A DNA stretch of 54,970 bases, the filler included, from an uncultured virus (IMG/VR IMGVR_UViG_2049941000_000201) (lineage: Duplodnaviria > Heunggongvirae > Uroviricota > Caudoviricetes). It is 8 parts of one record of this genome, joined end to end, with 100 filler letters (N's around TTAATTAATTAA, not from the genome) between each part and the next. Parts side by side here need not be neighbours in the genome. Positions count along the whole stretch, not along the records: positions 31,367 to 33,289 come from IMGVR_UViG_2049941000_000201; positions 33,390 to 38,710 come from IMGVR_UViG_2049941000_000201; positions 38,811 to 53,329 come from IMGVR_UViG_2049941000_000201; 5 more parts are not named here. One strand, given 5' to 3'. Every line of letters begins with the position of its first letter. Positions within the stretch are counted from its first letter, which is position 1. The position numbers and the translations under genes were made by a program. Under the pieces are notes generated by a model. It made no database searches and was not told the DNA's origin. It saw nothing but the letters and a program-made list of their open reading frames with translations. Positions 32,692 through 41,828 of this stretch are shown here, piece by piece.

Positions 32692-33144
32692 CTACCCCTG
32701 TCTGCTGTACCCAATTAATTCTTGTTTTTTCATTTTCTCAAATTCGATTTGTTCGAAATTCGAAGCGAGATAGCAGACTTTTTCGCCCCACAATTCCTTG
32801 TCCGTAAGCTTAGGAAGCCTCTTGTAAGCCTTGCCGCTATAAGTAACGCTTTGCGATGTAGCAAGATTTATGGCGACTTCCAGGTCTCTGTAAGTAATAG
32901 GAGTTCTCACTTCGTCATACTGTTTTCTTTTTATGGCCTCGACAAATGCCCATTTCATGTGGTAATTGCTGATGTCCGCATTTTCCGCTATAATGGCGGC
33001 CTGCGTCATGATGATGTCGTCAGCAGGGATGCGTATGCCCATTATGATGTAAGACTGTATAAGAAGCCTTGAGACAATCTCGATTCGGGCCTCGTTGAAC
33101 GCTTTTTCTTTCGGCTGTACCTGTCCAGACACGCCGCCATTCGA
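32692..33144 (-). CDS. Replication-operon protein (possible helicase loader). Its N-terminus is at 13969-14062.
   Basis: Overlaps 13969-14062 (NGGVSGQVQPKEKAF), which follows the initiator. Confidence 0.5.
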   Translation of the reverse strand, partial: SNGGVSGQVQPKEKAFNEARIEIVSRLLIQSYIIMGIRIPADDIIMTQAAIIAENADISNYHMKWAFVEAIKRKQYDEVRTPITYRDLEVAINLATSQSVTYSGKAYKRLPKLTDKELWGEKVCYLASNFEQIEFEKMKKQELIGYSRQG

Positions 33145-33389
33145 NNNNNNNNNNAATGATGTCGTCAGCAGGGATGCGTATGCCCATTATGATGTAAGAC
33201 TGTACAAGAAGCCTTGAGACAATCTCGATTCGGGCCTCTTTGAACGCTTTTTCTTTCGGCTGTACCTGTCCAGACACGCCGCCATTCGANNNNNNNNNNN
33301 NNNNNNNNNNNNNNNNNNNNNNNNNNNNNNNNNTTAATTAATTAANNNNNNNNNNNNNNNNNNNNNNNNNNNNNNNNNNNNNNNNNNNN

Positions 33390-33536
33390 ACTACAATCTA
33401 CAGGCCGAGGCGATCCCAGCCAGGCACTTACACAAGAGTCACGACCAACACGACCGGAACTGGGCGCGTTATCTCCACTTCGCGTTCTGTCGTCCGCCGC
33501 GTACCGAGAGGCGCAACCGTTTCCAGTTCGGGCTAG
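33390..33536 (+). CDS. Short R/T/S/G-rich peptide ending in SSSG (5' truncated, not in ORF track)
   Basis: TTIYRPRRSQPGTYTRVTTNTTGTGRVISTSRSVVRRVPRGATVSSSG-stop, 6 nt before the next ATG. Confidence 0.6.
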   Translation, partial: TTIYRPRRSQPGTYTRVTTNTTGTGRVISTSRSVVRRVPRGATVSSSG

Positions 33537-33542
33537 TCGTTC

Positions 33543-34034
33543 ATGGCTACAGACCTTCTAAAGTGCTTCAGGACTTTTCGCGACGATCCGCGGAAAGTCT
33601 CTTTTTCATTGTCTTGCGGCAAGGATTCCGCCGTAATGCTCGACTTGGCATCGAAGTTCCTGGACCTGTCGAAGCACAGGTTCTTTTACATGAGCTTCTA
33701 TCATGAGGTGCTTCCGTACAAAAGAAAGTATCTTTGCGCTCTCGAACGTAAGTACGGCATCACAATCGACATTCACGAAAACCCCGTAAGGTACGGGCTC
33801 AAGCAGTCCGAGCTGTTCCGCAAGATCATGGAGCAGGACGGTACGCAGCTAATCGGCATCGGTTACAAGATTTACGACTCGCTCCAGCGCAGAGCAATTC
33901 TGAAGGGTTCAGAGGAAAACGGCATCGCCATTAATTTCCCGTTCTTCGCTCCGCTTAGGGACTGGAAGAACAGGCAGGTCATGGCTTACGCCAAATCACA
34001 CAGGCTCGCACTGTCGCCAGAATACTCTTTCGAT
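33543..34034 (+). CDS. PAPS-reductase-family (PP-loop) protein
   Basis: SLSCGKDS PP-loop, G.K..DS..RR and PL.DW....V..Y motifs. Confidence 0.85.
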
Positions 34035-34045
34035 NNNNNNNNNNC

Positions 34046-34630
34046 ATGCTGCCAGTTTCCGAGGTTCGACCCTACGAAAAGAACCCGCGAAAAAACGCCG
34101 AGGCGGTAAAATATGTCAAGGCGTCCATCGAAAAATTCGGATTCAAGCAGCCTATCATCGTAGATTCCAACCGCGTCATTATTGCCGGTCATACACGACT
34201 GGAAGCGGCGAAGTCTCTCGGCATGGCGGAAGTCCCCTGCATCGTGGCCGACGATCTCACCGACGCCCAGGCGAAGGCGCTGCGTCTCGCGGACAACAAG
34301 GTCGCCGAGTTTTCCGAGTGGGATATGAACCTGCTCGGCGGCGAGCTGGGCGAGCTTGCTGAGATTTCCGACATCGACATGGGAGATTTCGGTTTCGAGG
34401 ATGACGGCATCAGCGCCGACGACTTCGGCGACGAATTCAGTCTCCCCGATGGCGAGAAAAGCAACATTACCCAATGGACGCTCACTTTTGCTGAAGAGCA
34501 GAAGGCCTTTATCGAAAATGCCCTGAAGGAAGTGGGCGAGCCGGAGGAAACTTTCGGGAACGTGAACGAAAGCGGGAACAAGATTTACGAGGTGGTGCGT
34601 CAATGGGTCGAGCAAAAGAAATCGAACTGA
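34046..34630 (+). CDS. ParB/Srx N-terminal domain protein (true N-terminus seen in variant 37781-37935)
   Basis: PYEKNPRKN, SI.KFGF.QPIIVD, IIAGHTRLEAA and LRLADNK motifs. Confidence 0.93.
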   Translation: MLPVSEVRPYEKNPRKNAEAVKYVKASIEKFGFKQPIIVDSNRVIIAGHTRLEAAKSLGMAEVPCIVADDLTDAQAKALRLADNKVAEFSEWDMNLLGGELGELAEISDIDMGDFGFEDDGISADDFGDEFSLPDGEKSNITQWTLTFAEEQKAFIENALKEVGEPEETFGNVNESGNKIYEVVRQWVEQKKSN

Positions 34631-35313
34631 AGGTCATCCCGTCCTCGATAGCGAACCCGTTTATCAAGGCGCACCATTATTCGGGCAAGGTAGTGAACAA
34701 CTCCTGCCTGCATTTCGGCGCGTTCCTGGATGGCGGCCTGCACGGCGTTATGAGCTACGGACCGAGCCTCGACAAGCGGAAAATCATGGGCCTCGTCGAA
34801 GGCACCGGCTGGAACGAGTTTCTGGAATTAAACCGCATGGCTTTTGACGAATACCTCCCGCGCAATAGCGAGAGCCGCTGCATCGGTCAAAGCATCCGGC
34901 TTATCAAGAAAAGGGCTCCGCAGATCAAGTGGATAATTTCATTTGCGGACGGCTGCTCCTGCGGCGACGGCACGATTTACCGCGCCTCTAATTTCGTTTT
35001 GACCGACATCAAGGAAAACAGCGAGCTCTGCGAATTGCCGAACGGCGAGAAGGTGCACTGCATGACCTTGAAGTCGAACCCCCTTACTCCCAGGAAGGAT
35101 CTGGGGGGGGGTACGTTCTTCTCGGTGACCGGCGGGACGTACAATTTCAAGAAATACGTGGAAAAAGCGGGCGGGAAAATCCTCACGGGCTATCAAATGA
35201 GGTATATTTACTTCATCGACCCGGCCTACAAGTCCAGACTAAAAGTTCCTATTATTCCGTTCTCTCGAATAAATGAAATCGGGGCAGGTATGTACAAGGG
35301 TGAAAAACGATAA
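34603..35313 (+). CDS. mom: Mom-family GNAT DNA-modification enzyme
   Basis: HHYSGK, ELNRM, NSESRCI, IISFAD and GTIY.ASNF motifs typical of Mom-like proteins. Confidence 0.8.
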   Translation: MGRAKEIELKVIPSSIANPFIKAHHYSGKVVNNSCLHFGAFLDGGLHGVMSYGPSLDKRKIMGLVEGTGWNEFLELNRMAFDEYLPRNSESRCIGQSIRLIKKRAPQIKWIISFADGCSCGDGTIYRASNFVLTDIKENSELCELPNGEKVHCMTLKSNPLTPRKDLGGGTFFSVTGGTYNFKKYVEKAGGKILTGYQMRYIYFIDPAYKSRLKVPIIPFSRINEIGAGMYKGEKR

Positions 35314-35322
35314 ACTTTTTTA

Positions 35323-35393
35323 GCGTGAGTAGTTCAAGCTAGAACGCGCAGCATTCCTGCTGCGAGATGTTGGTGCAAGTCCGGCTTCACGCT
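35323..35393 (+). tRNA. Atypical tRNA-Gly-like gene (TCC), probably non-proteinogenic
   Basis: Cloverleaf: acceptor GCGTGAG/TTCACGC, D arm GTTC/GAAC, anticodon arm CGCAGC-ATTCCT-GCTGCG, T arm GTTGG-TGCAAGT-CCGGC, discriminator T. Confidence 0.8.
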
Positions 35394-35421
35394 CTAATTT
35401 GTTTTCGCTGGAGAACGGAAT

Positions 35422-36421
35422 ATGGCTAAAGCAAAATACGACGGCAGAAAAAACCTCATACCGGTGCACGACCACGAAACGGCGGTCATGCTCGGCAAGC
35501 GCAGTGCCGAAGCCAGAAGGGAAAAGAAGAACCAGAAGGCGATGCTCCTGGAGGACATCAAGAATACCGTCACCGAGCGCATCAAGGTTCCCGAACCGCT
35601 ATACCAGNNNNNNNNNNNNNNNNNNNNNNNNNNNNNNNNNNNNNNNNNNNNNNNNNNNNNNNNNNNNNNNNNNNNNNNNNNNNNNNNNNNNNNNNNNNNN
35701 NNNNNNNNNNNNNNNNNNNNNNNNNNNNNNNNNNNNNNNNNNNNNNNNNNNNNNNNNNNNNNNNNNNNNNNNNNNNNNNNNNNNNNNNNCCGTCGTTGAC
35801 GAATTTTCGTGGGGGTGGGGGGCGTTTTTAGACGATTTCCAAAAGGACATCCCGTTCGAGGAAATCTCAAAGACGCTTTATGCCGTTGGTATGGGCTCGG
35901 TGCCTTCCTGGGTGCGGCCTTTTCACGTTCTTTCAAATGGCGAGAAAATGCGCGTCACCTTGGCGCGTGGCTTGCTAGAAAGAGACTTCTTTATTTTCGA
36001 CGAGTTTACGTCCGTTGTGGATCGTCAAGTCGCCAAAGTCTAAATGCCCATNNNNNNNNNNACGCTCAAGGGCCTCGGCATCAAGATAACCCGCCTCGAA
36101 AGGGTTGACAAGCTCATCTTCTACCGCGCCCTCCTGAAGGCGCTCAAGGACGGCGAGCCCGACCGCCTGCTCAAGATCGCGGAGTTTGCGGGCATGAAGT
36201 TCCGCGACGATGACGATGGCTCCGCAACATCAATGACGCCGGACACAGAAATGATGCTGTCCACGATCTTTGCACAGGGTCGCAAGGTCGAACCGAAGCA
36301 GCCTAAATCGAATGCGGTCGATAAAGCGGACGGCGGAAGTTCCGCAAGCAATGAATCGGCAAATGACGATGGCGCTGTTCATTCGGAGCCTGCCATAACC
36401 GTTTTTTCCGGGCTGGGGTAA
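35422..36421 (+). CDS. Putative terminase small subunit (fragments 35422-35607 and 36062-36421; variant 36945-37130)
   Basis: NLIP..E.A...G.RS..ARR N-terminus. The C-terminal piece directly precedes terL. Confidence 0.65.
35790..36043 (+). CDS. Phage ABC-type ATPase fragment (displaced; likely partner of the GNAT at 37141-37563)
   Basis: VPSW.RPF.VLSNGEK.R..LAR signature and FDEFTSVVDR Walker B. Confidence 0.85.
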
Positions 36422-36424
36422 ACG

Positions 36425-36933
36425 ATGGCTTTTGTATGGACTCCGGATTTGCTTTGCAGGGTGCGCGACTATCCGCACCTTTTGGGCCACATGGTCGGAA
36501 AGACCAAGTTGACCGAACTGCACAGCGACTGGATCAAGCTCGTATGGGACACCCAACCCGGAAAGCACTTCTCGCTCATGTCTCACCGTGGCGCCTACAA
36601 GACTACGGCGATAACGGAGATGGGCATTATTTACCATCTGCTATTCCATCCGTCGGACCGTATAGCGCTTATCCGTGAGACCTACACCGAGGCGGCAAAG
36701 ACGCTCGACACGATTAAGAAGTACATGGAAAGCCCGGCGCTAAAGAGCCTTTTCGCATTCGCCCACCACAAGGAGCCTTTCGCGGTGCGTTCGCCCGAAG
36801 GTTCCGTACTTTACTCGTTCAAGAGGACGGTGACGAAGGAGAACAGCATCGACGCCTACGGAATCAACCAGGTTCCGACAGGATCGCACTACGACCGCAT
36901 ACTTTGTGACGACATTGTTACGATAAATTCCCG
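36425..36933 (+). CDS. terL: Terminase large subunit, N-terminal ATPase part
   Basis: HRGAYKTT Walker A and ILCDDI Walker B. Confidence 0.88.
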
Positions 36934-37140
36934 NNNNNNNNNNCAACTGAAGGGCCTCGGCATCAAGATAACCCGCCTCGAAAGGGTCGACAAGCTCATC
37001 TTCTACCGCGCCCTCCTGAAGGCGCTCAAGGACGGCGAGCCCGACCGTCTTTTGAAGATTGCGGAATTTGCCGGCATGAAGTTCACGGAAGAAGAGACGA
37101 ACGCTTCCGCAATGACGCCGGACACAGAAANNNNNNNNNN

Positions 37141-37563
37141 CGGAATTGATTAAACTCTTGCTAAAGTTTTTTAATGTCGTTACAATTCTAAAATCGTAAC
37201 CTTCTTTCTTGTAAAGTTCGGCAACGGCGGTAAGGAACTTGACGCCAAGGCCTATTCCCTGGTAGTCCGGCAAGATAACAAGACGAGAGCAACGCCTCAT
37301 GTTTTTAACTTTCGGATGCGGAAACGGCATGACCGCGCAAAAACCGACTATTTTATTTTGTTCGTCATACAGCCCATAGCATTTACACGCAGACGCAATA
37401 TCGTTATTCAAATAGTGATAACGGCTAAATTTTGTCCATTCTTCGCGCCCGCACTTTCTAACAAAGAAGTCTGTTTTTGGGTGCGGGCCAATGGAAAATT
37501 TTGCTTGTAATCGTCCGTGCAAAAAGTGAAATCCGGTTCTAGCCATTCTACCACGTCCTTATG
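37141..37563 (-). CDS. ABC-ATPase C-terminus and GNAT acetyltransferase joined by a -1 frameshift
   Basis: Frame 0: HKDVVEWLEPDF. Frame -1: W..F.RYHYL and SRLVILPDYQGIGLG (acetyl-CoA-binding motif). Confidence 0.8.
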
Positions 37564-37945
37564 NNNNNNNNNNNNNNNNNNNNNNNNNNNNNNNNNNNNN
37601 NNNNNNNNNNNNNNNNNNNNNNNNNNNNNNNNNNNNNNNNNNNNNNNNNNNNNNNNNNNNNNNNNNNNNNNNNNTGCTTACATCGAGGCTTATTTTTTTA
37701 CTCCTTGCGCTTTTTATTGTCTTTTTGCTTATAAAAAAGTTACATTTTTGATACAAAGTCTCTAAAATCAGGAAAAAATCATGGCTAAAACAGAAAAATC
37801 AACCCCGACTTCCGAGCGAAAGGCAGCAAGGTCCATCGTAATGCTGCCAGTTTCCGAGGTCCGGCCTTACGAAAAGAACCCCCGGAAAAACGCCGAGGCG
37901 GTAAAATATGTCAAGGCGTCCATCGAAAAATTCGGNNNNNNNNNN

Positions 37946-38710
37946 TTTCTTTTCGGGGAGAATTTCCCAATCCTCGTAAAATCCTACGTCGAAGTAATCT
38001 ACCATAGAATTGCTCTTGTTGTAGTTAAAGGAATTGACGATTTTCGTCATTGCTTCCCAGCGGTCGAAGAACTGCGCCGTGAACATCGGGGCTTCTTCGC
38101 GCTTCAATTGCCAGCCGTGGCAAATGCTGAACGGGTAGCCTTCGGTGTAACTTTCGTATTTCTTTGAAGCCCAGAGTTCAAGCGCTCTCTGCTGCTTTTC
38201 GCCAGACCAATCAAAGAACTTGCTGGAGGGTACTTCTATGCCTTCCGCGTTGTCTGGATCCTTGACCCAGCCGGAGGTAAGATAGTGGTTGGTGTTAAGG
38301 TTCATGAGCTCGTTCTTGCAATCCTCGAACGGTCGAACGTCGCCGGAGGCGATTCTGAACTTTATCGTGACATGTGGCGTGTAACCAGCCCATTTCTTCG
38401 ATACTGTCACGCCCTTGATGCCGCAGGCCTTCATGATTTCTCTAATTTTCACGGTCAATTCGGAGCTGCTGACTCCGCTGTTGCTTCCTTCGTAGCCGCT
38501 ACCGCCAAGATAGGCTTCGACTTCCTTCGTGTAGCAGGTTTTCAAGATTTCTTCTTTTTCCGTTTTCACATCGGCTACCTTGACGCCGAGTATATTTTCA
38601 ACGGTCGAAAGTTCGGCGCGGCCATACCAGCACTTTTTCATGCCGTGCCAGCGGAACTTTATTTCCTTGAGTGCGGAACGGATTTCTTCGGAAGGCTTTT
38701 CGTCGAAGTA
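37946..38710 (-). CDS. LPD29-like domain protein (fragment)
   Basis: C-terminal SFNYNKSNSMVDYFDVGFY motif. Confidence 0.6.
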
Positions 38711-39553
38711 NNNNNNNNNNNNNNNNNNNNNNNNNNNNNNNNNNNNNNNNNNNNTTAATTAATTAANNNNNNNNNNNNNNNNNNNNNNNNNNNNNNNNNN
38801 NNNNNNNNNNCAAAATCCGCGAACTCCGCGTCTATCCGCGCACCCGCGTTGAACTCGGAATGATGGAAACGGTCAAGATGCCCGAATCGCTCTACTTCGA
38901 GAAGTACGAACGCTATATCCTGCGATCCGCATCGGGAACTTTCTTTACAGTCCACGCCTCGCGCTGCATCATTTTCAAGTCTGGAACGAAAGTGGATGCC
39001 GCCTTCCCAGGCTGGCTCGATTACGAGCGCTTTTGGGGTCTTTCGGCTATTTACGAAGGCCTTGAGGACGCCCACCACTTCGGAACGACCGTACAGGGAA
39101 TTTCGCATCTCGTCAAGGAATGCTCCATCGTCAAGTACAAGATGTCCAACCTCGAACAGCTTGTTGCCGAGAATAACTACAAGGCGATCGAGACACGCAT
39201 GGAGGCCATCGACGAACAGAAGAGCATCATCAACGGCGTAATGCTGGGCGAGGGCGAAGACTGCACCCGCGAGAANNNNNNNNNNNNNNNNNNNNNNNNN
39301 NNNNNNNNNNNNNNNNNNNNNNNNNNNNNNNNNNNNNNNNNNNNNNNNNNNNNNNNNNNNNNNNNNNNNNNNNNNNNNNNNNNNNNNNNNNNNNNNNNNN
39401 NNNNNNNNNNNNNNNNNCGCCGCTGGCATGAACGCCACGGGTCAGGGCGACGATGACAACTTCAACTCATACATAGCGGGGCTACAGCAGACCCAGGTAT
39501 TGCCACAGCTCCTGCAGCTCATGGGAATCTTGAACGCCGGCCTNNNNNNNNNN

Positions 39554-40523
39554 GTTCGCGGTGCGTTCGCCAGAAGGTTCCGTGCTTTACTCGTTCAAGA
39601 GGACGGTGACGAAGGAGAACAGCATCGACGCATACGGAATCAACCAGGTTCCGACAGGCTCGCACTACGACCGCATACTTTGTGACGACATTGTTACGAT
39701 AAATTCCCGTCTTTCGCGAGCATGCCGCGAGAGAGTGAAGCAAGGCGTCCTCGAAATCGTGACTAACATCATCGACCCCGGCAAGAGCTGTTATTTTGTC
39801 GGTACGCCGTGGCACTACGACGATGCGTGGGCGATGAAGAACGACGAAGGAAAACTTGTTATTCCGGAGGCGTTGAAGTTCAGGCCGCAGGACACGGGCA
39901 TCTTGAGCCCGCAGGAACTTGCCGAGAAACGCTCGACAACTACGGCTTCTCTTTTCGCCATCAACTACATGCTCGACACTTCCGTAAAGGACGAGGGGCA
40001 GATTTTCGACGAGCCCATCTATGGCGATTGGGATTACACCATACGGCCTACACGCATTCACGGCCATCTTGACGCCGCGTGGGATGGAACTTGTACGAAC
40101 GCGCTTACCATCATGGCGGAGCGACCCGACGGGAAGATCCAGGCTTACGGCAAGATTTACCCCGGAACGTTCGAGGACTGCAAGGGCGACATTGCGCGCG
40201 AATGCCGTTTGCGCAACGTTCGCAATTTCCACATCGAGAAGAACCCCGACAAGGGTATGGCTGCGGGCGAGCTACGCAAGGTGCCGGGATTCCCGACGGT
40301 TCACCCGTATTCCGAAAGCATGAACAAGGACATCAAGATCGTGGCGTTCCTCAAGAAGTGCTGGCAGCGTATCGTATGGGATCCGAACACAGACCCGAAT
40401 TACTTAAACCAGATAAACGACTACAGACCTGGGCAGGACCCGCGCGACGCTCCCGACAGCGCAGCCTCGTTGATTAGGCAGGCCATTTACAAGGGTGGCG
40501 GTCCGGGCGCTCTCTACACATGA
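39554..40523 (+). CDS. terL: Terminase large subunit, C-terminal nuclease part
   Basis: Overlaps the 36425 fragment. VGTPWH, HLDAA and DAPDSAA motifs. Confidence 0.9.
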
Positions 40524-40556
40524 GATGGATAAATTTTTAACAAAGGAAAAACAACC

Positions 40557-41825
40557 ATGAAAAACTTATCAAGCCTATTCCGACTGGATGCGTGGAAGAA
40601 CGTTCTTGCAGGCATCGGCTCCCGAAAGGACAAGTCTGCACTTCCCGTTGACTCAGTTCCAGGTTTCCCGCGACTTGTCGATGTGCAGCTTGAAGCGCTC
40701 TACTATACCGACGGGCGCATCAAGAACGCCGTCAACATCGTAGCCGAGAAGATGATGCAGAACGGCTTCGAGGTGGAAGGCGACGACGGCAGTCTCTTCA
40801 AGGCCTTCGGCAACCTGAACGGACCGGCGGCTTTCACCGAGGCGCTGAAATGGACCAGAGTTTTTGGCGGTGCCATAATCGTACTCGATGTGGCAGGCGC
40901 CGGTGAATGGGATACGCCGTGGGACCCGTCCAAGGGCGGAAAGATACGAGAACTACGTGTCTATCCGCGCACACGCGTTGAACTCGGCATGATGGAAACG
41001 GTCAAGATGCCCGAATCGCTCTACTTCGAGAAGTACGANNNNNNNNNNNNNNNNNNNNNNNNNNNNNNNNNNNNNNNNNNNNNNNNNNNNNNNNNNNNNN
41101 NNNNNNNNNNNNNNNNNNNNNNNNNNNNNNNNNNNNNNNNNNNNNNNNNNNNNNNNNNNNNNNNNNNNNNNNNNNNNNNNNNNNNNNNNNNNNNNNNNNN
41201 NNNNNNNNNNNNNNNNNNNNNNNNNNNNNNNNNNNNNNNNNNNNNNNNNNNNNNNNNNNNNNNNNNNNNNNNNNNNNNNNNNNNNNNNNNNNNNNNNNNN
41301 NNNNNNNNNNNNNNNNNNNNNNNNNNNNNNNNNNNNNNNNNNNNTTTCTCCTTTGCCGGGTTGCCCGAAATTTGGGACCGTCAGGCGATGAGCGTTGCTG
41401 GCTCCTACCGCATCCCGGTAACGTTGCTGTTCGGCCGTTCAGCCGCGGGCATGAACGCCACGGGTCAGGGCGACGACGACAACTTCAACTCATACATAGC
41501 GGGGCTACAGCAGACACAGGTATTGCCACAGCTCCTGCAGCTCATGGGAATCTTGAACGCCGGCCTAAAGGCTGTCGATGTCTCGGACGGACCGCTTACA
41601 ATCAATTTCAACCCGCTCTCGAAGCGCGACCAGAAGGCAGACGCCGAGACGAGGGAAATTCAGAGCCGTACCGACAAGAACTACATGGACGCTGGTGTAT
41701 TGAGCCAGGAGGAAGTGAGGAAGAACCGCTTTGTCGGCGGCTATGCGCTTGACACCAGCGTAGAAGATGAAGTTCCTCCGGCTTTCAGCCTGGAAGGCAA
41801 AGGCGATGGCGGTAAGGGGGAATAG
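40557..41825 (+). CDS. Portal protein (DUF1073-like); gap largely filled by variant 38811-39543
   Basis: Follows terL. W.R.FGG and IP.T.LFG.S.AG.NATG motifs. Confidence 0.88.
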   Translation: MKNLSSLFRLDAWKNVLAGIGSRKDKSALPVDSVPGFPRLVDVQLEALYYTDGRIKNAVNIVAEKMMQNGFEVEGDDGSLFKAFGNLNGPAAFTEALKWTRVFGGAIIVLDVAGAGEWDTPWDPSKGGKIRELRVYPRTRVELGMMETVKMPESLYFEKYXXXXXXXXXXXXXXXXXXXXXXXXXXXXXXXXXXXXXXXXXXXXXXXXXXXXXXXXXXXXXXXXXXXXXXXXXXXXXXXXXXXXXXXXXXXXXXXXXXXXXXXFSFAGLPEIWDRQAMSVAGSYRIPVTLLFGRSAAGMNATGQGDDDNFNSYIAGLQQTQVLPQLLQLMGILNAGLKAVDVSDGPLTINFNPLSKRDQKADAETREIQSRTDKNYMDAGVLSQEEVRKNRFVGGYALDTSVEDEVPPAFSLEGKGDGGKGE

Positions 41826-41828
41826 TTT

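Noticed and set aside
36041..36051. Stop codon after VAKV as evidence of an ABC pseudogene or recoding
   Set aside because: It lies within about 10 nt of a contig end where bases are unreliable. Other genes use standard stops.
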